Assembly (NCBI GenBank): GCA_963732385.1
Contig: CAVSZB010000007.1
Coordinates: forward strand, 864,001 to 928,000
Length of the DNA stretch: 64,000 bases
Origin: an uncultured bacterium
GTDB lineage: Bacteria; Krumholzibacteriota; Krumholzibacteriia; LZORAL124-64-63
Direction of reading: 5' to 3'
A program made the translations under genes and the position numbers. Position 1 is the stretch's first letter. Every line of letters starts with the position of its first letter. The notes beneath the pieces were generated by a model that had not been told where the DNA came from, searched no databases, and saw nothing but the letters and a program-made list of their open reading frames with translations. Positions 63,999 to 64,000 of the stretch are shown piece by piece.

Positions 63999-64000
63999 GG

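Overview
GC-rich bacterial chromosomal window, mostly minus-strand housekeeping genes. FlgD-Ig-tailed secreted proteins, a C25 peptidase, dockerin-like repeats and a 'SWSSVKSLY' C-terminus suggest an FCB-superphylum lineage such as Ca. Krumholzibacteriota/Latescibacterota (inference only). Contents in order: C25 gingipain/PorU-like peptidase; two secreted-protein genes dense with single-base indels; tRNA-Val; the run mltG-ruvX-anti-sigma-STAS-rluD-lspA-dksA-ileS-punA-divIVA-yggT-yggS-ATPase-fusA-kbl-fba; a receptor-less cheA-fapA-cheX-cheY-cheY-cheX cluster behind a sigma28-like promoter; a znuACB-like operon led by a Cys/His-rich ribbon-helix-helix protein with a palindromic operator; tmRNA; an LVIVD/FlgD gene bracketed by two inverted hairpin elements sharing an identical 39-nt core; a saccharopine-pathway (LKR-SDH-ALDH7) cluster with a receiver-PPDK fusion and gdhA; dedA; ppk2; a membrane spermidine-synthase fusion; a second LVIVD/FlgD gene; an RND efflux operon with a broken tetR; and a stand-alone His-rich RiPP-precursor-like peptide. 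No integrase, transposase or CRISPR array was seen. The strongest leads are the hairpin-flanked cassette (35.0-38.2 kb), the RHH metal regulator with its operator (29.4-29.8 kb) and the C25/surface-protein locus (0.1-6 kb). All calls come from reading motifs by eye; no searches were run.
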